Virus record (IMG/VR): IMGVR_UViG_3300046004_001107
Span: 1-60,740 of that record
Length of the DNA stretch: 60,740 bases
Origin: a virus
Taxonomy: Duplodnaviria > Caudoviricetes
Strand: one strand, 5' to 3'
Below are positions 49,424-60,740 of this stretch, piece after piece. Under the pieces are notes generated by a model. It did no database searches and had not been told where the DNA came from. It saw only the letters and a list, made by a program, of their open reading frames with translations. Both the position numbers and the translations under genes were made by a program. The number at the start of each line of letters is the position of its first letter. Within the stretch, counting starts at the first letter, position 1.

Positions 49424-51141
49424 TAGACTTTTTAACAGTTCGTTTTAAAAACTTTGGTTCATTTGGTAATAATTTTTCTGAGATCAAACTCGATAATTAT
49501 AAAACCACTTTAGTCACGGGTACTAATGGACACGGTAAGTCTTTTGCTCTATTAGACTCTTTGTGCTTTGGTTTGTTTGGAAAGCCATTCAGACCTATTA
49601 ATATTCCGCAACTCATTAATACAGTGAATGCCAAGCAGTGTGTTGTTGAAATTGAATTCAAGAAGTCTAACTGTCATTTCCTTGTTCGCCGCGGTCTTGC
49701 TCCCAAATTCTTTGAGATCTTCAAAGATGGACAAATGCTTGACCAAAACGCAAAGACTAAAGATTACCAAGAGATGTTTGAAGAAAATATTCTTGGATTT
49801 GACTACGCAGCATTTAAACAGGTAGTAATTCTTGGTAAGTCAAATTTTGTTCCTTTTATGCAATTGACTCCTTCTGAAAGAAGAAAGATCATTGAAGGAC
49901 TACTTAACCTTGATATTCTTGCGGATATGAATCTGTATGTTAAAGGACAACTATCAAGTCTTAAACAGTCTCTTGGTGAACAAGAAAGTTTATTAAAGAT
50001 TGTTCATGAAAAGATTAAGTCACAAAAAGAAGTCTTAGAAACAATTCAAACTACTGCAGTCGAAGAGATAAAGGCTATCGAATCTTCTATTCAAGATTAC
50101 ACATCTAAGATTTCAAATGATAATGTTCTGCAAGCAAAGCATGAAAAGAATCTGAAAGATGTATCAGCCAAACTGACCAAGAAGTTAACAAGCCTAAGTG
50201 CTCTAAAAGATGTTCCTGCAATGTTAACTAAGGCAGAGGTCTTAGAAACTACTTTAGTTGAAGAGATTGCATCGTTAAAAGAAAATGCATTATGTAAGTG
50301 CTGTGGTCAGAATCTACCAAAGTTTCAAAAAGAAAAACATATTCAAGATAAAGAATCTAAGTTAGCAGATTGCCGTAAGGCAATTGCCATTGCTACAAAG
50401 AAGAATGTAGAACTTTTAGAACTTCAAACTGAAGTAGAAGAACTAAAGACACTTAAACAAAAATATCAATCAGAAAATAACGATATTTCATATCAGATTA
50501 TCAGCAATCAATCTTCTCTTAGTTTTATGATTAAAGAAAAGAATAAAAAACTGGTAAATGAAAATGAAAACACATTATTGCAAAAAATTAAAGACGCAGA
50601 ACTAGAAAAGGCAAATGCTACTAGTCAATTGGACGCACTGATTACAACGCAAATACACCATGATATTGTCTATGATATACTTAAAGATGGCGGTCTTAAA
50701 AGCCGCATTATTGCACACTATGTTCCCATCATCAATGGACTCGTTAACAAGTTCCTCGGAAAGCTTAATCTCTATGTTGATTTCACCATCGACGAAGAGT
50801 TCAAGGAAACAATCAAATCACGATACCGAGATGCATTTTCCTACTCTTCCTTCTCAGAGGGTGAGAAACAACGAATTGATTTGGCAATCCTTTTAACTTG
50901 GCGTGAAGTTGCACGAATGAAGAATAGTCTTAATTGCAACCTATTGATCTTTGATGAGATTCTTGATTCATCTCTAGATGCTGCTGGTACTGAAGCCTTT
51001 ATGAAAATTTTGAATAAAATGACAAACAAATGCTCTATCTATATCATCAGTCACAAGGCAGATCAACTAGTAGATAAGTTTGATCAAAGTCTGCAGTTTG
51101 AAAAAAAGAATAATTTTTCAAAGATAAAGACAAATATCTAA
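49420..51141 (+). CDS. gp46: recombination ATPase (Rad50/SbcC-like)
   Basis: GTNGHGKS, hook CKCC, FSEGEKQRID, IFDEILD. Confidence 0.95.
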   Translation: MIDFLTVRFKNFGSFGNNFSEIKLDNYKTTLVTGTNGHGKSFALLDSLCFGLFGKPFRPINIPQLINTVNAKQCVVEIEFKKSNCHFLVRRGLAPKFFEIFKDGQMLDQNAKTKDYQEMFEENILGFDYAAFKQVVILGKSNFVPFMQLTPSERRKIIEGLLNLDILADMNLYVKGQLSSLKQSLGEQESLLKIVHEKIKSQKEVLETIQTTAVEEIKAIESSIQDYTSKISNDNVLQAKHEKNLKDVSAKLTKKLTSLSALKDVPAMLTKAEVLETTLVEEIASLKENALCKCCGQNLPKFQKEKHIQDKESKLADCRKAIAIATKKNVELLELQTEVEELKTLKQKYQSENNDISYQIISNQSSLSFMIKEKNKKLVNENENTLLQKIKDAELEKANATSQLDALITTQIHHDIVYDILKDGGLKSRIIAHYVPIINGLVNKFLGKLNLYVDFTIDEEFKETIKSRYRDAFSYSSFSEGEKQRIDLAILLTWREVARMKNSLNCNLLIFDEILDSSLDAAGTEAFMKILNKMTNKCSIYIISHKADQLVDKFDQSLQFEKKNNFSKIKTNI

Positions 51142-51150
51142 ATATTTAAA

Positions 51151-51435
51151 ATGTTTCGAGGTCAATTTCAATTCAAAAATTCAAATGGTACTCCCCAAAC
51201 TTATAAAAAGGGAGATGTTGTAGTTGACCAAGGTAGAATGTATTCGTGCAAACGAACTACACAAAAAAGCCCACAACAAGAAAAATCCAGTTGGATTAAT
51301 AGTGGTCTTACAGAGCCTTTTAGAGGAACAAATGCACCAATCAATCCCGTAGAAAATCAATTGTGGATTAATGATTTGGGCATAATGTATATTTGGTACA
51401 AAGATTCTAATGGATCTCAATGGATTTCAGTTTGA
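51151..51435 (+). CDS. small late protein, carbohydrate-binding/fibre-like
   Basis: YKKGDVVVDQGRMYSC; PVENQLW..GIMYIWYKD.NGSQW; TCTAAATA 51137-51144. Confidence 0.5.
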   Translation: MFRGQFQFKNSNGTPQTYKKGDVVVDQGRMYSCKRTTQKSPQQEKSSWINSGLTEPFRGTNAPINPVENQLWINDLGIMYIWYKDSNGSQWISV

Positions 51436-51459
51436 CTATTTCAATACAGGAGATATACT
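51432..51459 (+). promoter_or_regulatory. sigma70-like promoter of clamp operon
   Basis: TTGACT-N16-TATACT. Confidence 0.7.
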
Positions 51460-51465
51460 AGGGCT

Positions 51466-51618
51466 ATGAACGAGGAAAGTTTTCAGAAGTTTAGTAACCG
51501 AGGCAAGAATAAGCCATCCGGTTTGGGTAAGAAGCAACAGAAGAGAAGTAAACGTGGAGACCGCCACGAACAGAAGCAGCAACTTAACGATAGCGTTTAT
51601 CGTAAAGACCGTGAGTAA
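51466..51618 (+). CDS. small basic protein (not in ORF track)
   Basis: MNEESFQKFSNRGKNKPSGLGKKQQKRSKRGDRHEQKQQLNDSVYRKDRE*, fills the gap between promoter and gp45. Confidence 0.65.
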   Translation: MNEESFQKFSNRGKNKPSGLGKKQQKRSKRGDRHEQKQQLNDSVYRKDRE

Positions 51619-51635
51619 TTTTTAGAAAGATTTAT

Positions 51636-52307
51636 ATGACAACTGTGACAAAAATGCGTTTCTCAAGAGATACCTATAACATTCTCAAGAATTTTGCGGC
51701 AATTAATTCAAATATTCTTATTTCACCAGGAAATGTCTTAAAGACCATTTCTCCTGGTAAGAATATTTACGCTGAGGCTACAATTTTTGAGGACTTTGAT
51801 GTTGAAGTTCCTATTTGGGATTTGAACAAGTTTTTGGGTGTTGTGAGTATGTTCTCAAACCCTGATTTAGAGTTCCACGATACCCATGTAGTCGTTTCTA
51901 ATGGTAGATCGAGTGTTACATACTATTACTCAGAACCAAGCCTCCTGACGGTTCCTACTAGAGAACTCAAGATGCCAAAGACCACAATTAAGTTTGATCT
52001 TGATGAAAAAGATCTAAATGAAATTTTGAAGGCAGCAAGCATTTTACAGGTAAGTGATCTTCGTATGAGCGGTGGAGATGGTTCATTCCGCATTATGGTT
52101 GATGATTCTAGTCAAAGTACGACCAATAGTTTTGAAATCGTTCTTGATGAAAATTATACTGGTAAAGATTTTGAAGGTACTTTGAATGTATCTGAGATTA
52201 AGTTTATTCCCGGTTCATACACAGTGGAATTGAGTGATACGATTATCTCTAAGTTTACTCATAAGAGTCTGGAACTTGCCTACTACATCGCTATCAAGCG
52301 GGGTTAA
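51636..52307 (+). CDS. gp45: sliding clamp
   Basis: ILKNFAAINSNIL..GNVLKTIS, IWDLNKFLG, KFIPGSY.V. Confidence 0.95.
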   Translation: MTTVTKMRFSRDTYNILKNFAAINSNILISPGNVLKTISPGKNIYAEATIFEDFDVEVPIWDLNKFLGVVSMFSNPDLEFHDTHVVVSNGRSSVTYYYSEPSLLTVPTRELKMPKTTIKFDLDEKDLNEILKAASILQVSDLRMSGGDGSFRIMVDDSSQSTTNSFEIVLDENYTGKDFEGTLNVSEIKFIPGSYTVELSDTIISKFTHKSLELAYYIAIKRG

Positions 52308-52309
52308 TT

Positions 52310-53254
52310 GTGTCTGATATTAATAGTTTGCTTTGGGTTGAAAAATATCGACCCAAGTCATTATCTGATTGTATTCTTCCTATTGATCTTACCACTATTT
52401 TTAATGGTATGATCAAGGAAGGTACACTTCCAAATATGATGCTCTATGGCAAGGCGGGTACGGGAAAGACAACCGTAGCCCGTGCTCTTGCCAATGATAT
52501 TGGTGCTGAAAGTATTATTATTAACTGTTCTGAAGAGAACGGTATTGATACACTACGCACGAAGATTCGTAATTACGCCTCAACGGTTTCCCTAAGTGGA
52601 AATCTCAAGGTTGTAATTTTGGATGAGTTTGATTATGCTAATGCACAATCAATTCAACCTGCTCTTCGTGGAGCCATTGAAGAGTTTGCAAAGAACTGCA
52701 GATTCATCATGACTTGCAACTACAAGAATCGTATTATTGAACCTCTGCACTCTCGTTGCACTGGTATTGATTTTACGGTTCCTACTGCAGAGAAGGCTGC
52801 GGTTGCATCAGCAATGATGAAGCGTGTGGAATATATTCTTGCACAAGAAAACATTCCCTATGAAAAAACGGTAATTATAAATCTTGTAAAGAAGCATTTT
52901 CCTGATCTTCGCCGTATTATAAATGAACTACAGAGATATGCATCTGCAGGTAGTATTGATATCGGAGTTCTTGGTCAGGGTAGCAGTGAATCCTACAAGG
53001 AACTTCTTGGGTTTATGAAGAACAAGGACTTTGTATCATGCCGTAAGTGGGTGGTACAGAATCTAGATCTTAATACATCTGATTTTTATAAGCGTTTATA
53101 TACTGAACTATATACATCTCTTAAGAATCCTTCAGTGCCACAGGCTATTCTGATTATTGCTGAATACCAATATAAGTCTGCATTTGCCGCAGACCAAGAA
53201 ATTAATACTATGGCATTGATTGTTCAACTTATGATGGACTGCGAGTTTAACTGA
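52310..53254 (+). CDS. gp44: clamp loader large subunit
   Basis: LWVEKYRP, GKAGTGKTT, ILDEFD, PLHSRC, FPDLRR. Confidence 0.96.
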   Translation: MSDINSLLWVEKYRPKSLSDCILPIDLTTIFNGMIKEGTLPNMMLYGKAGTGKTTVARALANDIGAESIIINCSEENGIDTLRTKIRNYASTVSLSGNLKVVILDEFDYANAQSIQPALRGAIEEFAKNCRFIMTCNYKNRIIEPLHSRCTGIDFTVPTAEKAAVASAMMKRVEYILAQENIPYEKTVIINLVKKHFPDLRRIINELQRYASAGSIDIGVLGQGSSESYKELLGFMKNKDFVSCRKWVVQNLDLNTSDFYKRLYTELYTSLKNPSVPQAILIIAEYQYKSAFAADQEINTMALIVQLMMDCEFN

Positions 53255-53634
53255 TGCAATTAAAAGACTTTCTATCCAGTATTAATCATGACAAAAAGCC
53301 TCTTCTGGATATAGATGAGAGTGCAGTCAAGGCATATACACCGTTTGTAGTTAATCGGTGTTTGTCTTATTTTGCAGATACCTTATTTCATGCCAATGAG
53401 ATGAATTGTTCTCCTTGGCTAGACAACAAGAGTCAATTCGATTTCTACCGGCTTGCTGTTCGTAAAAAGAAGCGGTTTTCTCCTTGGTTGCGTAAAGATA
53501 CCGAAGAGAATGTGACTCTAATAAAGCAGGCATATGGATACACAGAATCCAAGGCTAGAGAAGTACTAAATATACTGAGTACTGAAGATTTGCAATCAAT
53601 ACGCAAAGCCCTTGATACTGGTGGTGTGAGATAA
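53254..53634 (+). CDS. gp62: clamp loader small subunit
   Basis: YTPFVVNRCLS, ANEMN, QFDFY..RKKKRFSPW. Confidence 0.93.
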   Translation: MQLKDFLSSINHDKKPLLDIDESAVKAYTPFVVNRCLSYFADTLFHANEMNCSPWLDNKSQFDFYRLAVRKKKRFSPWLRKDTEENVTLIKQAYGYTESKAREVLNILSTEDLQSIRKALDTGGVR

Positions 53635-53651
53635 TTTAGTAAGGATTTGTT

Positions 53652-54077
53652 ATGTCTGATATATCTGATAAAACATTTAAAAATATTGGCATTCATATTA
53701 ATCTTTTTGATGAAGAAGATTTCATGGTTGTTCGTGAAACTCTTTCTCGAATTGGTGTTTCTCCAAAGGGAAAGAATGTTCTATATCAATCGTGTCACTT
53801 AATTCATAAAGATGAAGTATATATTATTGCACATTTTAAAGAACTTTTTGCATTAGATGATCTACCATCTAATGTATCAACTGAAGATTTACAAAGAAGA
53901 AATGCGATTGTAAAACTATTAGAAGATTGGAAATTGTTAGAAGTACTTGATAAAGATAAACTTAAAGATTGTATGCCTATCAATGGTATTAAAATCATTA
54001 AACACACAGAAAAAGATAATTGGGAATTGATTCCTAAATTTAATACCGGATCACTACGTAAATTTTTTAATTCATAA
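53652..54077 (+). CDS. regA: translational repressor
   Basis: DFMVVRETLSRIGV..LYQSCHLIHK..YIIAHFKELFALD..RRNAI. Confidence 0.95.
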   Translation: MSDISDKTFKNIGIHINLFDEEDFMVVRETLSRIGVSPKGKNVLYQSCHLIHKDEVYIIAHFKELFALDDLPSNVSTEDLQRRNAIVKLLEDWKLLEVLDKDKLKDCMPINGIKIIKHTEKDNWELIPKFNTGSLRKFFNS

Positions 54078-54079
54078 GG

Positions 54080-55321
54080 ATGACTATGCATAAACTTACA
54101 TTAGCAATGATTGTGAAAAATGAAGCACCAAATATTTTGGAGTGCTTAGAGTCTGTCGCACCATATATCTGTTCTTATGTTATCGCTGATACAGGATCAA
54201 CAGATAATACTAAAGAAATTATTAAAAATTTCTTTGATTCAAAGAATATTCCTGGTGAAATTCTTGATCACCCATGGGAAGACTTTGGAACAAATCGATC
54301 CAAGGTATTGGCACACTGCCAAGGTAAAACAAAATGGGCATTGATGATTGATGCTGATGATTATATCAAGGGGACTCTACCATCTGTAGATACATTTGAT
54401 GATACATTAGATGGGTATGTTGTTAAAATTGTTCGTGAACCTATGGTATGGTATCGTGCACAAATTTTTAATCTTGCTAAGAAGCCATGGAGATATGAAG
54501 AACCATTACATGAATATGCGTGCTGTGAAGCCCCCATGGATGTGCAGAAGTTAGAAGGTGATTATGCTTGGCATGTAAGAACACAAGGATGTCGTTCACG
54601 ATCTTCTGGTAGTGATAGAGAAAAGTATGTTAAAGATTATTTCTTATTAAAAACATATTTGGACAAAGATCCAAATCAACCAAGAAAACAATTCTATGCT
54701 GCACAATCAGCATTTGATTCTCAACTTTATGAAGTTGCAGAAAAAGAATATATTAAACGAGCAGGCATGGAATCTTGGCCAGAAGAAGTATTTTATTCGT
54801 GGATGCGTGTAGGTATTTGTCGTGCTATTCAAGGTAAACCTTTGGAAGAGATTGCTGATGCGTTTTTAAAGTCCTATGAGGCACGTCCAAATAGAGCAGA
54901 ACCATTATATCAATTATCCTGCACATACCGTCAGTTTCAAAGACCTAAAGCAGCATTTCTCATGGCTGTTCAGGGGCTTGGAATGAATCCAGATGGTAAT
55001 GATATTTTATTCGTAGATCATTCTGTTTATCAATGGGGTATTTTGGATGAAATTGCTACAACTGCATTTTATGTACAAAAATATCATATGGGATTAGCAG
55101 CATGTGAAAAGCTTCTTTCTGAACCATATCTACCAGCTGAACATAGAGACAGAATTGTAAAAAATAAAGAAGTTTATGTAAAAATTATTGAAGATATTCA
55201 AAAACAACAACTTCAACCTGTTATAGAACAGCAAAAAAAGATTGATGAAACTATTAAGAAATTTGCTGATCAAACAACATTTTCTAAGAATTTGAGTAAA
55301 TTACAATCTGTAAAACTTTAA
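54080..55321 (+). CDS. GT2 glycosyltransferase with C-terminal TPR-like helices
   Basis: LAMIVKNEA, DTGSTDNT, W.DFGTNR, IDAD, PLHEY, FYAAQS, RPNRAEPLY. Confidence 0.88.
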   Translation: MTMHKLTLAMIVKNEAPNILECLESVAPYICSYVIADTGSTDNTKEIIKNFFDSKNIPGEILDHPWEDFGTNRSKVLAHCQGKTKWALMIDADDYIKGTLPSVDTFDDTLDGYVVKIVREPMVWYRAQIFNLAKKPWRYEEPLHEYACCEAPMDVQKLEGDYAWHVRTQGCRSRSSGSDREKYVKDYFLLKTYLDKDPNQPRKQFYAAQSAFDSQLYEVAEKEYIKRAGMESWPEEVFYSWMRVGICRAIQGKPLEEIADAFLKSYEARPNRAEPLYQLSCTYRQFQRPKAAFLMAVQGLGMNPDGNDILFVDHSVYQWGILDEIATTAFYVQKYHMGLAACEKLLSEPYLPAEHRDRIVKNKEVYVKIIEDIQKQQLQPVIEQQKKIDETIKKFADQTTFSKNLSKLQSVKL

Positions 55322-55385
55322 TAGTTAAAAACATCTAAATAATTAATAATAGCCTATTATGGGCTATTATTTTTTGGAGAATATT

Positions 55386-58375
<2,990 letters not shown>

Positions 58376-58400
58376 TGAAATCGGACCCTAAATAATATAA

Positions 58401-60740
58401 ATGTTCTTCGGAAAGAACAAAACATCTTTAAAACTGGCAAAACAGCATTCAGAACTGCTGGAAGGCTGTGAATATTATATTGTTGAATATCTGACAAATC
58501 CAAAAGTTGTACGAGTTGGATCTGGTATATCACAGTTATATCTAAGAAATTCTGAAGGTGATGAATATTTAATTGAAGGTAATGCATCTAAGATTAAAGA
58601 ATTATTTGTTCCAGTAAAAACTTTTGAAGGACTTCAAGGAACTTCTTTCAAAGTTAAAAGACCTATTGGTTCTTTATTACAAAATCAAGTACTCAAAGAA
58701 ATTGCATCATGTCCGTATGATGAAAAGATGCAACTTGGTCACGGTATTAGTGAATATTATTTTATTCAAAAAGATACAAACAAAGTTATTAAATTTTATG
58801 GTAATTCTCATCAGATTAAAAATCTGTTTGAAGAAATTGTTGTACCCGTAAAATTACCAGAAGTAAAGCCAGTTGCACCAAAGACTAAAATTGAAATTAT
58901 AGAACGCACTATAATTAAAGAATCTACACCTGTTATGGGTGTTCAAGGTTTCAAGGGTGATGAAGGTATTCAAGGTAAGCAAGGAATTCAAGGTCTTCGT
59001 GGAGATCGTGGTATTCAAGGAGAAGTTGGTCCACAGGGTGAAATCGGTCCTCAAGGAGAAGTTGGTCCCCAAGGTCCAAAAGGTGATCATGGAGACATCG
59101 GTGCACGAGGAGTACAGGGGCTACAAGGTAAACAAGGAGACAAGGGTGATAAAGGCGATAAGGGCATTCAGGGATTGGTTGGTCCACAAGGTATTCCGGG
59201 TACACAAGGTAAGCAAGGTGGAGTTGGTCCTGAAGGTCCGATTGGACCTCAAGGCTCCGTTGGTCTGCAAGGTATTCGTGGTGAAAAAGGAGACAAAGGT
59301 GATAGAGGACCTATGGGCGTTCCGGGTTCTGATGGTGCAAAGGGCGAACGAGGTGACGATGGACTCGTAGGTCCTCAAGGTCCTGCTGGAGAATCTCCAG
59401 TAATTGAAGCAGAATTTCCTCTTGTATTAGACAATGGAGTGTTATCATTTCATTCAGAACATGTTACAAATATTCTGAATAAATTTAAAAATGATGATAT
59501 TCAAAAAGCGATAGATCGTATTGGTTTACTTTCAACACCTGGTGGCGGTGGTGGTGTTGATGTTAGTTTGAATGGTGCTAAGATTATTCGTAATCCTAAT
59601 ACTATTAATTTTGTTGGTGATAATGTTACAATCAATAAACGAAGAAAAAATATTGATATTAGTATTGCGGCTGGAGGTGGAGCAGGAATTTCTGGTCCGT
59701 ATGTTGCTTCAATTAATGGTTTAACTGGTGCTGTTAATTTAAAATCTCTTGCAGGTATTACATCTTCAATATCTGGAAACACATATTCTTTTGGTATAAA
59801 TTATCTTCGTGGTGGTGGTACGTTTTCTTCAGTTAAATATCCAGAGACTACTGATGTAATATTGTTACAGAAACCTTTATTGAGTGGTGGTTCTATGTAT
59901 ACCACAACTATAAAGAACCTTTTGTATTATGCATCTGGTATTGATACAAAAGTTTCTACTCTAAATTCTGAATATATTAAATTATTTACTGAAGTTGATG
60001 CTGATACTATTACTGAAAAATCAATAACTTTTTCTGATTTTAAGACGTTGTTAAGAGGAATTAGTTTTTCATATCAACTATCCTCTCCTGCTGGTGCTAC
60101 TCAAGGTGATCGGTGGATGTCTTCCGATACTGGTATTGAATATGTTTATGTGAATGATGGCAATAGTCCGCAATGGATTCAACCTACTAATGTAGGAGCC
60201 GTTGGTGCAACAGGTCCTCAAGGTAATACTGGTGCTACTGGTTCTCAAGGTGTAACTGGTAACAGTGGTGGTACTGGTCCTCAAGGTATTCAAGGTGTAA
60301 CTGGTAATACTGGTAACAATGGTACTACTGGTAACACTGGTGGTACTGGTCCACAAGGTATTCAAGGTGTAACTGGGAACACTGGTGGTACTGGTCCACA
60401 AGGTATTCAAGGTGTAACTGGTAATACTGGTAACAATGGTACTACTGGTAACACTGGTGGTACTGGTCCACAAGGTATTCAAGGTGTAACTGGGAACACT
60501 GGTGGTACTGGTCCACAAGGTATTCAAGGTGTAACTGGTAATACTGGTGGTACTGGTCCACAAGGTATTCAAGGTGTAACTGGGAACACTGGTGGTACTG
60601 GTCCACAAGGTATTCAAGGTGTAACTGGTAATACTGGTGGTACTGGTCCACAAGGTATTCAAGGTGTAACTGGTAATACTGGTGGTACTGGATCTCAAGG
60701 TATTCAAGGTGTAACTGGTAATACTGGTGGTACTGGATCT
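58401..60740 (+). CDS. second collagen-like fibre protein, 3'-truncated (not in ORF track)
   Basis: [14 protein letters not shown]... reads open to window end; charged G-X-Y block about 58938-59395; Thr-rich block from about 60195; CCTAAATA 58387-58394. Confidence 0.85.
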   Translation, partial: MFFGKNKTSLKLAKQHSELLEGCEYYIVEYLTNPKVVRVGSGISQLYLRNSEGDEYLIEGNASKIKELFVPVKTFEGLQGTSFKVKRPIGSLLQNQVLKEIASCPYDEKMQLGHGISEYYFIQKDTNKVIKFYGNSHQIKNLFEEIVVPVKLPEVKPVAPKTKIEIIERTIIKESTPVMGVQGFKGDEGIQGKQGIQGLRGDRGIQGEVGPQGEIGPQGEVGPQGPKGDHGDIGARGVQGLQGKQGDKGDKGDKGIQGLVGPQGIPGTQGKQGGVGPEGPIGPQGSVGLQGIRGEKGDKGDRGPMGVPGSDGAKGERGDDGLVGPQGPAGESPVIEAEFPLVLDNGVLSFHSEHVTNILNKFKNDDIQKAIDRIGLLSTPGGGGGVDVSLNGAKIIRNPNTINFVGDNVTINKRRKNIDISIAAGGGAGISGPYVASINGLTGAVNLKSLAGITSSISGNTYSFGINYLRGGGTFSSVKYPETTDVILLQKPLLSGGSMYTTTIKNLLYYASGIDTKVSTLNSEYIKLFTEVDADTITEKSITFSDFKTLLRGISFSYQLSSPAGATQGDRWMSSDTGIEYVYVNDGNSPQWIQPTNVGAVGATGPQGNTGATGSQGVTGNSGGTGPQGIQGVTGNTGNNGTTGNTGGTGPQGIQGVTGNTGGTGPQGIQGVTGNTGNNGTTGNTGGTGPQGIQGVTGNTGGTGPQGIQGVTGNTGGTGPQGIQGVTGNTGGTGPQGIQGVTGNTGGTGPQGIQGVTGNTGGTGSQGIQGVTGNTGGTGS
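60250..60740 (+). repeat. 45-bp coding tandem repeat ([15 protein letters not shown])
   Basis: Repeated GGTGGTACTGGTCCACAAGGTATTCAAGGTGTAACT, with two 27-bp GNTGNNGTT inserts. Confidence 0.85.

Noticed and set aside
5284-53696. Many short antisense or nested ORFs inside core genes (e.g. 5284, 10718, 31569, 34135)
   Set aside because: Overlap well-supported genes and lack motifs or initiation signals
54077-54080. No DNA polymerase gp43 after regA
   Set aside because: Window is partial and gene order varies; loss cannot be claimed

Overview
AT-rich segment of a large T4-like (T4-superfamily) phage genome, read in the standard genetic code. It carries most T4 core genes. Transcription, replication and recombination: gp33, gp32, uvsW, uvsY, gp55, gp47, gp46, gp45, gp44, gp62, regA. 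Virion: gp26, gp51, gp4, gp48, gp53, gp25, gp6, gp13-gp23, gp3. Main points of interest: (1) A candidate virion-glycosylation system, made up of a ~12 kb island of glycosyltransferase and nucleotide-sugar genes, gmd inserted between gp55 and gp47, a GT2-TPR enzyme next to Thr-rich (GPT)n collagen fibres, and a G-x-T motif recurring in several virion proteins. (2) A -1 frameshift signal (T7 run plus 10-bp hairpin) joining gp26 to a gp51-like ORF that has no start codon. (3) An apparently reduced contractile tail: 163-aa protein in the tape-measure position, 436-aa sheath, short gp6, split hub, no gp5 seen. (4) Neck gene gp14 apparently split by an RCC1-repeat plus trypsin-like protease module. 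(5) Sigma70-like promoters with mostly 16-bp spacers and many probably leaderless transcripts. All product calls come from recognised motifs and T4-like gene order; no database search was run. No tRNA, rRNA, CRISPR array or transposon was seen.
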